Part shown: positions 1 through 9,579 of the stretch, one piece after another
How positions within the stretch are numbered: the stretch's first letter is position 1
Layout of the letters: each line of letters begins with the position of its first letter
IMG/VR virus record: IMGVR_UViG_3300014910_000001
DNA from: an uncultured virus (IMG/VR IMGVR_UViG_3300014910_000001)
Taxonomy: Duplodnaviria > Heunggongvirae > Uroviricota > Caudoviricetes
Direction: 5' to 3' (one strand)
DNA length: 64,000 nucleotides
The notes under the pieces: generated by a model
The model's input: only the letters and a program-made list of their open reading frames with translations
Databases searched by the model: none
Told to the model about the DNA's origin: nothing
Program-made: the position numbers and the translations under genes

Positions 1-3000
1 ATTAGCGATCTGGAGTCGCATTTCAACGACTGGCTGCGCACGCATCCGGACGTGGAAACCGTCGTCAGCGACTACAACGATGCGTTCAATGGCTATGTTC
101 CGTTCGAGCATTCTTCTTCCTCGCTGCAACTGCAACAGATCAGCGGAAAGCGTATCCCGCTGAGCTACCAGAATGCCGAAGTCCGGCGCCTGTCAGAAGA
201 TGGGCGCGGCATCATGGGCTTTGGTACGGGGCTGGGTAAAACCACAACGGCGCTGGCACTGGAGGCCTATAACTACGAGGTGGGGCGCAGTAAGCGAACC
301 GTCTACGTCGTGCCGAAAGCCGTCCTCCAGAACTGGTATCACGAAGCACAGGGCTTCTATAGCGCCGAAGCCTTCCAGAACATCCTGTTTGTCGGGCTGG
401 ACGAAGTGCGCGGCGAAGATGGCCAGATCATGCAGGCCCAGGAGCGCGACGAAAACAACGAGCCGAAACTGGACAAAGACGGCCAGCCGGTGATGCGAAA
501 CGTGGTGAAAGAGTCCGCGGCCGCAACCGTGCTTGAGCGCATGAACATGATCCCGGTCTCCAACTACCGCGCCGTGGTTATGACCAAAGAGCAGTTTGGC
601 GATATCCCGATGCGACCGGAGACCATTGAGGAAAACTCAAGCCAGGCGGTCTTTAACCAGATTGAGAATGGCCGCACGGACCTGATGAAGTCCACACACC
701 GCGCCGCCACGTCCCGTAACAAACTCCGCGACAAAGCCGCCGATACCGGCACGAAGAAAAAGAGCCAGATACCGTACTTTGAGGATATGCACTTTGACAG
801 CGTGATCGCAGATGAAGGGCATAACTACCGCAACTCGCACAGCGCCGGACGTGAGGCGGGCCAACTGGCCTACCTGCCTAATCCGTCCGTCTCCAAGATT
901 GCCCGCGATATGGCCGTAAAAAGCCAGTACATGATGAAAAAGTACAACGGCCGCGGCGTCGTTATGCTGACCGCAACGCCGCTGGTTAACTCCCCGATTG
1001 ACGCCTTTAACATGCTGTCACACGTCGTGTCGCTGGATGAATGGAAGGCGATGGGGATCCTGACGCCGGATGACTTTGTGCGGGTATTTGGCGAAACCGA
1101 ATCCGTTACCGTGCAGAAGATTTCCGGCGAACTGGAAGACAAGCAGGGGCTGGTGGGCTTCAAAAACCTGGACGGCCTGCGCGGCATCTTCCATCGCTGG
1201 ACGACGCTCAAATCTGCTGCTGACGTGAAAGACAGCGTGAAGATTCCGGGCCTCGACGAGAAAACCGTGGGCGTGCCGATGACCCGCGATCAGAAGGAGC
1301 TTTATGAAGAGCTGCGCGTGCGCGCCAGCCGTATCGGACAGAAGGAAACCGTCCAGGACAATGGCGACGGCACCATGTCCATCGTGCAGAACGACGAAGA
1401 TTTCATTTTCTCCGTTATCCGCGATATGGATAAGGTGGTTATCGATCCGGACCTGTACCGCTCTGCTATCACGTTCCGCTTCCGTGAAGAGGATCTGGAT
1501 CTGGCGAAACAGGTGGCGCGGGCGCTGCCAGGTGAGGCCGGTGGCCAGCTGCTTGCCGGTGATGAAGAAGAGACAGCTGAGGACGCGGAAACCGGCCTGA
1601 CCGACACACGCACCAGCAAGGTAGTCAAAACCACGCTGAAGAATCGCGGGGGCGTCGTGGAGCTGGTGGTGAGTGACACGCTGGAGCAGCAGGTACTGGC
1701 CGCGATCGCGTCTGCCGGTATCAGCATGGAAAACGTCTCACACCCGGTACCGCCCAAGTATGCCGCGCTGATTGAGAACCTGAAGGCAGGACTGCCGGAT
1801 GGTAAACAGATCATCTTCATGGATGAAAAGTCCCAGCACAATAAGCTGCGCCGCATTATCGCCAGCGCCCTGGGCCTCACGGAGCAGCAGGTAGGCATTA
1901 TCAATGCCACAACAGTCAGCAAAGCCTCTGGCGTGAAGGTGAAGCCCGTTAAGAAGCCGGTGGAGCCGGTGGAAAAAGCAGACGGCAGTTTTAAGGACGG
2001 CTCATGGGATAAGTACTATGAGGAACTGGCGCGCTATGAGGATTATCAGGCCGCACTGAGTGACGCCTCTCTGGCCGGGATGGAAGGCATTGCCGCCGAC
2101 TATAACGAAGGCCGCACGCCGATCATCATCTGCAACAAAAAGGCCGAAGTAGGGATAAACCTGCACAAAGGCACCGCTGATACGCACCATCTGACACTCC
2201 CCTGGACGCCAGCCAGTATCGATCAGCGTAACGGACGCGGCGCCCGCGTGGGCTCCGAGCGCGACACCATGCGCGTGCATTACTATTGTGGCAAAGGATC
2301 ATTTGACGAGTTCCGCCTGGAGACGCTGCAGCGCAAGAAAAACTGGATCAATGACGTTATGAAATCCGACGTGTCCAGTATCAAAAACGGCGATGTGGAG
2401 TCGAAAGAAGAGCAAAGCCTGCTGCTGGCCGCTAACCCGGAAGAGCGTCGCGCCCGCGTGGATGCACAGCTGAAAGCTAAGCGGGAAGCCGACCGCCAGC
2501 AGGCCGAGCGCGAAGCCGCTGCCGCGCTGGATATCTACCTGAAGGCAAGCGTTGCTGCCGCTACGCCAGTTGAAGTGCTGGAAGGCAATATTACCAAGCT
2601 GTCTGCTGCCTTTGATGCGATCAACGGCGAGATTGATGGCCTGCGTGAGGACGTCACCGACGCAGAAGCAGCCTATAACCGTGAGCTTGAAAGAGACGGC
2701 AAGCGGTCAGCTGATGCCTGGCGCGGTCAGGATCGTCGTGTAGCGCGTGCTGCACTGCGTGAAGGTCTGGCGAAGCAGAAAAAGCTGGAGCAGGAGTTGG
2801 GCGGCGCACGTAAGGCGCTGACGCGCTCCAAAAGTGCAGCCAGCACCATTAAGCGCTCCCGCGGTGAAGTGGAACGCGCAATTAAATCCGGCGCGCTGGA
2901 AGTCGATCCGGACGTGCTGCGCGCCCCGGAGCAGTACATGAAACTGCCAGACGGCCAGCTGGTGCGAATTGGCGCGACCTATGAAATCTGGCTAAACGAT

Positions 3001-4545
3001 GACCGTGAAGAAAAGGGCGTATTCCAGATCCGCAAATTCTTCCCGGAGAAAAATACGGTTGAGGTTGAGCTGATCCACAAGCCGCTGCGCTGCTATACCG
3101 GTCCGAATGTCGGTGGCTTTGCTGAAATGCCGTCTACGCTGGTGGGCGACCGCGTGGATATCACCAGTGACCAGGCAAAAGCGCTCCAGACAGCAGCGAA
3201 GGGAATCGAGCCGGTAAACCTGCCGGACACGCTGAGCCGTGCTGACTTCTATGCGGCCATTCACGCGGGCGTCCTGAATGTGAACACGGACGGATGGCTC
3301 TACCGCGACAATGACGGCAGGCTGAAACTGGCTTACTTGAGAGGCACGATCAGCGCCAGCGAAGAGCGACCGGCTGAAACGTGGCTGTACCCGGACCACA
3401 CCGACGAGCAGTTGAAGCGTGAGCTTTATCAGTACAGCGTGGACAACAACATCTACAGCGCCCAGGGCTTCTTTAAGGCAATGTTTGGCCGTAATTACGA
3501 CACGGCATTGCAGGCTTACGGGAAGCAGGCGGGCATGGCGGACGTGGTTAAAGTCTTTAACCGACTGGTGGCCGAGTTCGAAGCGAACGACCCCAAAAAG
3601 CGGTCAGTGACCGGCGCGAATGATGAAGAGGCACATGCCGCCTTCCTGGATTCGGCGCAGGACCGTTACTACTGGAGCAACGTTATCAGCCTTCGTCAGT
3701 TCCGTAACGGCATGGAGGGCTTTTCTAACCGTCATGAGTACGAAGCAATGTTCGAACAACTGCGTAACGAGATGGCCGACGGTAAGGTGCAGGCTGTCAA
3801 ATCACTGACAGAACAATATGCCGCCGCCGCGCTGCAGCAGTTCCGCCAGATGAGCGAGAGTGATAGCCAGGCCGGTATTGCCGTGCTGCTGGTGAAGTCT
3901 AAGTTTGATGCTTACAGTGACATTGACCGGGCAGCAACCGTAACGGAGTCACCGGCTGCAATTTATCTGCGCGCCGGCGTTTCACTGGGTGCGCTCGATG
4001 ACGCCGGAATTACCGTTGAAACATTCGCCTCATCCAACGCTATTAAGCGGCAGCTAACGATGGTTTATCTGTGGCTGGATCGAATGGAAAAAGGCGATTA
4101 CCGCGAGTACGCGACGACGTGGGACGACTATAAAGCGCTGATGATCGGCAAACTGTCGCCTGAAGACGTAAAGGCCCGCCGTGAAGCAGCAAGCCAGCGC
4201 GCTGTGGCTGCAGCAGCGACCGTGCGCACAGTCCAGGTACAGAAGCAGGCTGATGGCTTCCAGGTAATGAAAAATGAGCAGGAGTTGGTGGCCTCGCGTA
4301 AGTGGATGAACCGCACCTTTAAAATCGACTTCCCGGCTGGCGGTGCCTACGTGCTGATGGATACCAGCGACAAGCCGGTACTTAAGCGCAAAGCAGTGCG
4401 TGACCTGATTAAAGAGAAGTACGGCGCGAAATTCTGGAATTTCGAAGAAAACCCGGTAGCCGGAAACGAGTTTACACAAGCCGCCTGGCTTATCCCTTCT
4501 TCCCACGATCTCGATGCGTTACGCAACGACATTGTTAACGCATAA
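1..4545 (+). CDS. darB: DarB-like antirestriction protein, SNF2/SF2 helicase half (5'-truncated by window)
   Basis: Frame open from base 1; Walker A GTGLGKTT, DEGH box, TATP motif III, QRNGRGAR motif VI; followed by ulx/lxc-like genes as in P1. Confidence 0.85.
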   Translation: MSDLESHFNDWLRTHPDVETVVSDYNDAFNGYVPFEHSSSSLQLQQISGKRIPLSYQNAEVRRLSEDGRGIMGFGTGLGKTTTALALEAYNYEVGRSKRTVYVVPKAVLQNWYHEAQGFYSAEAFQNILFVGLDEVRGEDGQIMQAQERDENNEPKLDKDGQPVMRNVVKESAAATVLERMNMIPVSNYRAVVMTKEQFGDIPMRPETIEENSSQAVFNQIENGRTDLMKSTHRAATSRNKLRDKAADTGTKKKSQIPYFEDMHFDSVIADEGHNYRNSHSAGREAGQLAYLPNPSVSKIARDMAVKSQYMMKKYNGRGVVMLTATPLVNSPIDAFNMLSHVVSLDEWKAMGILTPDDFVRVFGETESVTVQKISGELEDKQGLVGFKNLDGLRGIFHRWTTLKSAADVKDSVKIPGLDEKTVGVPMTRDQKELYEELRVRASRIGQKETVQDNGDGTMSIVQNDEDFIFSVIRDMDKVVIDPDLYRSAITFRFREEDLDLAKQVARALPGEAGGQLLAGDEEETAEDAETGLTDTRTSKVVKTTLKNRGGVVELVVSDTLEQQVLAAIASAGISMENVSHPVPPKYAALIENLKAGLPDGKQIIFMDEKSQHNKLRRIIASALGLTEQQVGIINATTVSKASGVKVKPVKKPVEPVEKADGSFKDGSWDKYYEELARYEDYQAALSDASLAGMEGIAADYNEGRTPIIICNKKAEVGINLHKGTADTHHLTLPWTPASIDQRNGRGARVGSERDTMRVHYYCGKGSFDEFRLETLQRKKNWINDVMKSDVSSIKNGDVESKEEQSLLLAANPEERRARVDAQLKAKREADRQQAEREAAAALDIYLKASVAAATPVEVLEGNITKLSAAFDAINGEIDGLREDVTDAEAAYNRELERDGKRSADAWRGQDRRVARAALREGLAKQKKLEQELGGARKALTRSKSAASTIKRSRGEVERAIKSGALEVDPDVLRAPEQYMKLPDGQLVRIGATYEIWLNDDREEKGVFQIRKFFPEKNTVEVELIHKPLRCYTGPNVGGFAEMPSTLVGDRVDITSDQAKALQTAAKGIEPVNLPDTLSRADFYAAIHAGVLNVNTDGWLYRDNDGRLKLAYLRGTISASEERPAETWLYPDHTDEQLKRELYQYSVDNNIYSAQGFFKAMFGRNYDTALQAYGKQAGMADVVKVFNRLVAEFEANDPKKRSVTGANDEEAHAAFLDSAQDRYYWSNVISLRQFRNGMEGFSNRHEYEAMFEQLRNEMADGKVQAVKSLTEQYAAAALQQFRQMSESDSQAGIAVLLVKSKFDAYSDIDRAATVTESPAAIYLRAGVSLGALDDAGITVETFASSNAIKRQLTMVYLWLDRMEKGDYREYATTWDDYKALMIGKLSPEDVKARREAASQRAVAAAATVRTVQVQKQADGFQVMKNEQELVASRKWMNRTFKIDFPAGGAYVLMDTSDKPVLKRKAVRDLIKEKYGAKFWNFEENPVAGNEFTQAAWLIPSSHDLDALRNDIVNA

Positions 4546-4576
4546 TTCAGGAGCGGCCCCGCGAGGGCCGGCTAAC

Positions 4577-5005
4577 ATGACGACACTGATTGATACTATC
4601 AAGCCAACCGAGACTTACATTGAAAGCCTGCTACCACTGGCGCTGGACGGGCGAACCGAAGAAGTATTTTTAGTAAACTATCTGGAAAATTTAGTAAAGC
4701 GCGTCAGCAGTACCAGGTTTGCGTATCGGGCATTTGGCCCGTGGTGGCCTGCAGTCAAAACGTTATTGCTGGAACGTGCTACTACTAAATTTGGGCAGGT
4801 AGTCGAAAGTGATGTAGCTGAAATATACTCGCTTTCACGTCCTGCTCTTACGGTCATAGCTGCGCACCTGTACGCTGACGACCGGACAGAAAATGATGCC
4901 GTATTCAGCGCGGTGCATCTGCTTCCTGTGATGCCGTCAGCGGATGATACTGAACCTTACCTGTACGTCAGCTATGATGAATCCATAGAGAAAAGAAGAT
5001 TTTAG
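4577..5005 (+). CDS. ulx: Ulx-like protein
   Basis: ~142 aa from ATG 4577, directly after darB and before lxc-like gene; call rests mainly on P1 synteny and size. Confidence 0.6.
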   Translation: MTTLIDTIKPTETYIESLLPLALDGRTEEVFLVNYLENLVKRVSSTRFAYRAFGPWWPAVKTLLLERATTKFGQVVESDVAEIYSLSRPALTVIAAHLYADDRTENDAVFSAVHLLPVMPSADDTEPYLYVSYDESIEKRRF

Positions 5006-5013
5006 GAGAGACC

Positions 5014-5298
5014 GTGCCGCGAGAGAATAAACACCTTAAGCTGGAGGAACTGGAAGCCTATGCCTATGTGAATGGCGCTGAGCTGAGTTTTTACCCCCCA
5101 ACTGGGGTATTTACGATGCGAGATCGCCAGGACAGTGAAACATGGGTTTGGGTTATTAATCCTTACACCCAGGAGAGAGTTAAGCGGGTACGGGAGCTGG
5201 ATAAAAGTAGCTGGATTTTCGCACTACAGGACGCATTAGCACGGCTGAAAAATGCCGGAGAAGCCTTGCCACAGACGAAAAGTGACGAAAAGTCGTGA
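5014..5298 (+). CDS. lxc: Lxc-like C1 co-repressor/modulator
   Basis: RBS AGGAG; LEELEAYAYVNGAEL and VRELDKSSWIFAL resemble P1 Lxc as remembered; darB-ulx-lxc synteny. Confidence 0.6.
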   Translation: MPRENKHLKLEELEAYAYVNGAELSFYPPTGVFTMRDRQDSETWVWVINPYTQERVKRVRELDKSSWIFALQDALARLKNAGEALPQTKSDEKS

Positions 5299-5304
5299 TT
5301 TTAA

Positions 5305-5335
5305 TTGACGGTAAATTAGAAAACCCTTAGATTGC
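5305..5335 (+). promoter_or_regulatory. sigma70 promoter overlapped by C1-operator-like site
   Basis: TTGACG-17bp-TAGATT; CCTTAGATTGC motif overlaps the -10. Confidence 0.7.
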
Positions 5336-5450
5336 ATTAAGCGGCTAGGGCCGCAACCAAGAAAAAGCCCGACCATATGGCCGGGCTTTCACTCTTGCAG
5401 GGGTTCAGTTTGGCGACGTACACCCCTGCGCACAACAGAGAGAATATAAC

Positions 5451-5615
5451 ATGAAAAATTTTGCGCAGCGTGATTTTGTTAATGCCACCTCAAACAAGGC
5501 TATTACCGCAAAAGTCACGCCTTTTTCTAATGTGATCGGCAGATTCGTCACACTTTGTCTTAGCACTATCGGTCTTATCTATACCCTGGCGTTCATGTGG
5601 ATGGCTCACCAGTAA
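5451..5615 (+). CDS. 54-aa small protein with C-terminal hydrophobic helix
   Basis: MKNFAQRDFVNATSNKAITAKVTPFSNVIGRFVTLCLSTIGLIYTLAFMWMAHQ; GAGAG upstream; lies downstream of a promoter and a structured leader. Confidence 0.55.
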   Translation: MKNFAQRDFVNATSNKAITAKVTPFSNVIGRFVTLCLSTIGLIYTLAFMWMAHQ

Positions 5616-5737
5616 AAAGGTAACTGCCTGTAATGACTATCTTTCAAAGATGTAGATTACAGGCTTGTTTTTTCCCGTCTCAGCGTTAAAAATACCCCCC
5701 CAACGCAGATCCATCTTTTAGACTAATTAATCATCGG

Positions 5738-6343
5738 TTGGCAAATCCGGATATGCGCTTCAGTGAAGAGTGGTTGCACTCTTATAAAAAAAATCAAAAA
5801 AACCGCACCAGAACAGCAGAAAAATCTGCTGGTGGAGCGTCGGTAAAATCCGGCAAAGCGTCTGCATGGTTGGCGGCAGTTATTGAAATATCGGTTCACG
5901 CAAAAGCGCTGGCCGCTCTCGTCAAAAATCCCGATCTGCGCAAAGGCAGGCAAGAGCATTACGATCAGGTTCGAATCTTTGACCATTTTCACCGTCACAA
6001 CAGGGTTATTTATGACCACCTGTTTGCCGTACCTAACGGAGGATTTCGCTTAAAGGCGACCGCCGCAGCAATTGAGGCTGAAGGCGCAAAGCGGGGCGTT
6101 CCGGATATGTCCCTGGAAATACCGGCAGGCGTCTATCACGGAATGCGTGTAGAGCAGAAACACGGTAAGCGTATGCCTTCAGAGCATCAGGTGACGTGGA
6201 TGCGTCGCCTTAAGGAGCAGGGGTATTACGTTCTTTTATCATTTTCACCTGAAGAAACGATCAGCGTGATGGAACAGTATGCGGTTCTCAAAGCAGGTGA
6301 AGTAATGCCAGCACATGAGAACGACGGATTCTGGAGCGAATAA
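5738..6343 (+). CDS. VRR-NUC family nuclease (likely start ATG 5753)
   Basis: FAVPNGG, EGAKRGVPD, RVEQK, SEHQVTWMRRLKEQGY motifs. Confidence 0.85.
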   Translation: MANPDMRFSEEWLHSYKKNQKNRTRTAEKSAGGASVKSGKASAWLAAVIEISVHAKALAALVKNPDLRKGRQEHYDQVRIFDHFHRHNRVIYDHLFAVPNGGFRLKATAAAIEAEGAKRGVPDMSLEIPAGVYHGMRVEQKHGKRMPSEHQVTWMRRLKEQGYYVLLSFSPEETISVMEQYAVLKAGEVMPAHENDGFWSE

Positions 6344-6862
6344 GTGCTTTTTGATGCGCAATTTTTTACCGGATGCCCCACGTTTGAGCAGTATGCGCGC
6401 CGTAATAAGACGCGAGACAGCTTGGGACGGGGGCTTTCGGTTTTTGCCGACATTGCTATGGACGTCGGCATTTTCAAAGTACCGAAGCAGGAGCTCATGA
6501 CGCGCAGCGGCATGAGCAACCGCCAGCTGAACTATTTCGGCGGCGTGAAGGGGATTAGCTACATCTTGAGAAAATCATTAACAGAAGGACGCGGACGCAT
6601 GACAACGGCACAGATCGAAGGTTTGAGCAAAATTGGAATCGGTGCCATTACGTGCAGCTACGACCAGGCCTTACTGAGAATGAAAGAAGATCCGGAATTG
6701 CTGATGCGTCGGGAAGCGTGGGGGGCGGGTTATTTTGTGTCGCTTGAGCAGGAGCATGAAGGCTGTGACGTGCTGATTCTAACCCGACCGGACGGCGGCG
6801 TGGAAATGCACGACCTGAGCATTAACGATATGCGTGTAACTGACTGGGTGGAAGTCGCCTAA
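6344..6862 (+). CDS. Hypothetical protein with C-terminal DUF2829/Tad2-like domain
   Basis: SYDQALLRMKE..MRREAW...SINDMRVTDW fits the AL..LK.G..R..W...D..A.DW pattern. Confidence 0.5.
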   Translation: MLFDAQFFTGCPTFEQYARRNKTRDSLGRGLSVFADIAMDVGIFKVPKQELMTRSGMSNRQLNYFGGVKGISYILRKSLTEGRGRMTTAQIEGLSKIGIGAITCSYDQALLRMKEDPELLMRREAWGAGYFVSLEQEHEGCDVLILTRPDGGVEMHDLSINDMRVTDWVEVA

Positions 6863-7158
6863 TGGGCCAGAACAAGCCATTTCACTATCATACGGTCTGC
6901 TACATGGGTGACAACGGCAAGATGCGATCCGGAATAGTCCAGCTGGCCACACGTCAGATATCCCGTCAGGCGCTGGAGACAGTTCGGGCTACGCTGAGCT
7001 TTGACGAAAACGCAGTGCTGGTCTCGCATAGCTACCTGGGGCGGATGACGCAGGCAGAGTATGAGTCAGGCGATATCAAAGTACCCTCTGTATTGCTGAA
7101 CGTATTGATGATCGTTACTGCTGCTGCCTTATTCATAACGGCGCTGAAACTGCTGTAA
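6862..7158 (+). CDS. Hypothetical protein with C-terminal TM helix
   Basis: Stop/start overlap with upstream gene; hydrophobic C-terminus. Confidence 0.7.
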   Translation: MGQNKPFHYHTVCYMGDNGKMRSGIVQLATRQISRQALETVRATLSFDENAVLVSHSYLGRMTQAEYESGDIKVPSVLLNVLMIVTAAALFITALKLL

Positions 7159-7300
7159 TCCTCTGCTGGTGGCAGAATCCGGAACAATGCCACCAGCTAT
7201 CCTTCCTGAATCGTTAAACGAAATCTAAGAAAACTCTTAGACAGTGGTCAATTTCGCGTTATCATCCGCCGCAAATAACACGCGGATCTGATAACACATT

Positions 7301-8590
7301 ATGACTACTCTCGCTCCACTCCAGCAGCTGCAAAATCTCCCTGAATGTAACGTTGATGACGATGTTCTTCATCAGGCCTTTGTCACCGCTTACGGCCAGC
7401 TTAATTCCGTCAGAAAACGCCTGACGCTCGATGACCTGGAGCTACGCCTCCTTGATAACTGCACAAACGCACTGGAGCAGATCCAGATCGATATCGGCAT
7501 GCGCCTCAACCATGAAGCTGATACCTATAACCTGCTGTTAGATACGCTTGAGCAGGCGCAGCAGCAGCTGGGCGCACAGTCCGCACTGGTCAACGAAGTA
7601 ACGAAAATCCGTCTCGATGCAGAGAACGCCATTGAAGAGGCCCGCGAGGCGGCTAAGCTGCGTGAACTCGAGGCGGATAGCCGTGTAATCAACGCAGAGA
7701 ATCAGCTTGAGGGTGTCAGGTCAGCCCTAACCACCGCGCAGCTGGCGTTTACCTCTGTATCACAGGAATTTGACCAGTATCGCCGCAAGAATCCTGAGCG
7801 CCTGGCGCGTGACCTCAATGAGCGTGACAAAACCATTTCGCAGCAGCGCGCCGACCGCAAGAAAGACAGCCTTAAGCGGCAGGAGCTGCAGAGCAAACTC
7901 AACATCGCTGATAAGGTTGTTGGAGAAGAGCGCCGCCAGCGCGCCGCGACGGCCAATGACCTGATGAAGACTACCGCTCTCTATAACCACCTGAAGGAGC
8001 GCGTCGATTTCCACGATGGCCGGGAAGATGTGCAGCAGTTTCTGCTTCAGCTGCCGGACGGCTCCGGCGACGTAGGTTGCTACATCTACAACTTCCACTT
8101 TGGTCTGAGCGTCTTCCACGGTATCCGCGACGTCTCCATTGAAACGGCTGATTTCCATTTCCAAATCCGTACCGCAATGATGCTGGCAATGGACGTTGTG
8201 CCAGGAGTATGGGGCAATCCGGTGTTCCGCTTGCTACCGGACCTTGAACCTATGTGGGATACAGCTGTTAACGACGAGCTGCACGCACGTATCATGAAGC
8301 GTATAGAGCTTGATTATCCGCGCCTCCACCAGCGCATTCTGGATGGTAAATCCGCGCCAGTCTCCGAGCTGGCCATACCGACACGCGCCCTTAACGCTCT
8401 CATTAAGGCCGGATATGAGACGGTTGCCGATGCTGGTGGTGAACTGCCTACAGAGCTGGCGAAGGTGAAGGGGCTGAGCGAGGCATCAGTGATGGAGATC
8501 CGCGCTGCCGTGAACAGTTGGTGCATCAAGTGGGCGAAAGTGAATGGCGACATTGAGAACATCAAGAACCAGAAAGTAAAGCGCCGCTAA
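7301..8590 (+). CDS. Coiled-coil protein with C-terminal RNA polymerase alpha-CTD-like (HhH) domain; possibly PmgS-like
   Basis: Long heptad region; C-terminal SELAIPTRALNALIKAGYETVAD...ELAKVKGLSEASVMEI; operator-like site at 7221-7241. Confidence 0.65.
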   Translation: MTTLAPLQQLQNLPECNVDDDVLHQAFVTAYGQLNSVRKRLTLDDLELRLLDNCTNALEQIQIDIGMRLNHEADTYNLLLDTLEQAQQQLGAQSALVNEVTKIRLDAENAIEEAREAAKLRELEADSRVINAENQLEGVRSALTTAQLAFTSVSQEFDQYRRKNPERLARDLNERDKTISQQRADRKKDSLKRQELQSKLNIADKVVGEERRQRAATANDLMKTTALYNHLKERVDFHDGREDVQQFLLQLPDGSGDVGCYIYNFHFGLSVFHGIRDVSIETADFHFQIRTAMMLAMDVVPGVWGNPVFRLLPDLEPMWDTAVNDELHARIMKRIELDYPRLHQRILDGKSAPVSELAIPTRALNALIKAGYETVADAGGELPTELAKVKGLSEASVMEIRAAVNSWCIKWAKVNGDIENIKNQKVKRR

Positions 8591-8619
8591 CCCTCCATCA
8601 TCTCCTTTGGACTGCTTTG

Positions 8620-8645
8620 AAAATCTAAGAGATTTCTTAGATTTT
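8620..8645. promoter_or_regulatory. Palindromic double C1-operator-like site
   Basis: AAAATCTAAGA-GATT-TCTTAGATTTT perfect inverted repeat; same core as other operator-like sites. Confidence 0.65.
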
Positions 8646-8824
8646 CATTGCTTCATAACTCCGCTTTGTGTACATTTCTCCCCGCTGACAAGGGCTTTAC
8701 TGCTCCGTGCAAAATTCATAATAGGCATTTGGCGGATTAATCATAACTTTCTGTTTAGTCCGCTCTTTTTTCACAAATCAAAATCTATTCCAGAGTAGAT
8801 TTTGCTGTGTGTAGTAACTTTCAT

Positions 8825-8849
8825 GCCCGGTAGTTTCCGGGCTTTTTTT
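8825..8849 (+). terminator. Rho-independent terminator
   Basis: GCCCGG-TAGTTT-CCGGGC followed by T7. Confidence 0.8.
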
Positions 8850-9028
8850 CAGGTTCAGCCGTGAGCGCATTAGGGTGTGCTCACGGCTGAAACGGGGGAA
8901 AACGCTTTAGCACGCGAGGCAAACGCACTGCAAATCTGGCGAGGTTTCCTGACCTCATACGTGACGCAAGCGGACAGGTTGACCAGATACTTAAGTGTCC
9001 GCGCCGGGTATGCACCGGCAAATATTCA

Positions 9029-9101
9029 GCATGGGTAGCGAAGAGGCCGAACGCAGAAGTTGTTAAGCCCGCCGCCGGTTCGAATCCGGCCCCATGCACC
9101 A
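9029..9101 (+). tRNA. tRNA-like element, Asn(GTT)-type loop, anticodon stem unpaired (pseudo-tRNA or mimic)
   Basis: Acceptor GCATGGG/CCCATGC plus ACCA; D arm GCG..CGC; T arm GCCGG-TTCGAAT-CCGGC; loop TTGTTAA flanked by non-complementary AGAAG/GCCCG. Confidence 0.7.
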
Positions 9102-9579
9102 GTTCGTAACGGGCCGCCCCCGGTTATTAGCTTTTTCCGGGTGTGTTATGAGTAGGGTGAACGGCAAGTAGCCCCTCCTGTCATGGCAGTGAACGCGGTT
9201 GATGGACTAATCCCGCGCAAAGAATGCCCCATGAGGCTTAAACATGCTCCCGCCTGATCCTCGTAAGGGATCACTATTTGTGAGCGCGCTGCTGCATCTG
9301 GCGTTTTACCTGGCGTTTGGCGAAAGATTACCTCTGTCAGCGCGCTCACAAATGGGGGAATGCGGCTATGCGCACGCGGGACGGAAAAGTTACCTGACGT
9401 TTTGCAAATTCCTTTACATGACCCGTCCGTAGATTCCGTAACGGACAGCTGGTGGCACCAGCCCCCCATGCACTACACGTCAACACCAGGCGATGCCCTG
9501 TTTACTGGCTAATTTGGCTGGTGGCAGAGCAGGTCAGCGGCAGACCTTAACAGTTCGTGACGGCTGGGAAAGACCAGCC

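Noticed and set aside
173..4532. Many alternative-frame and antisense ORFs within darB and other long genes
   Set aside because: Shadow ORFs of GC-rich coding sequence
9029..9101. Functional tRNA-Asn
   Set aside because: Anticodon stem does not pair and the variable region is short
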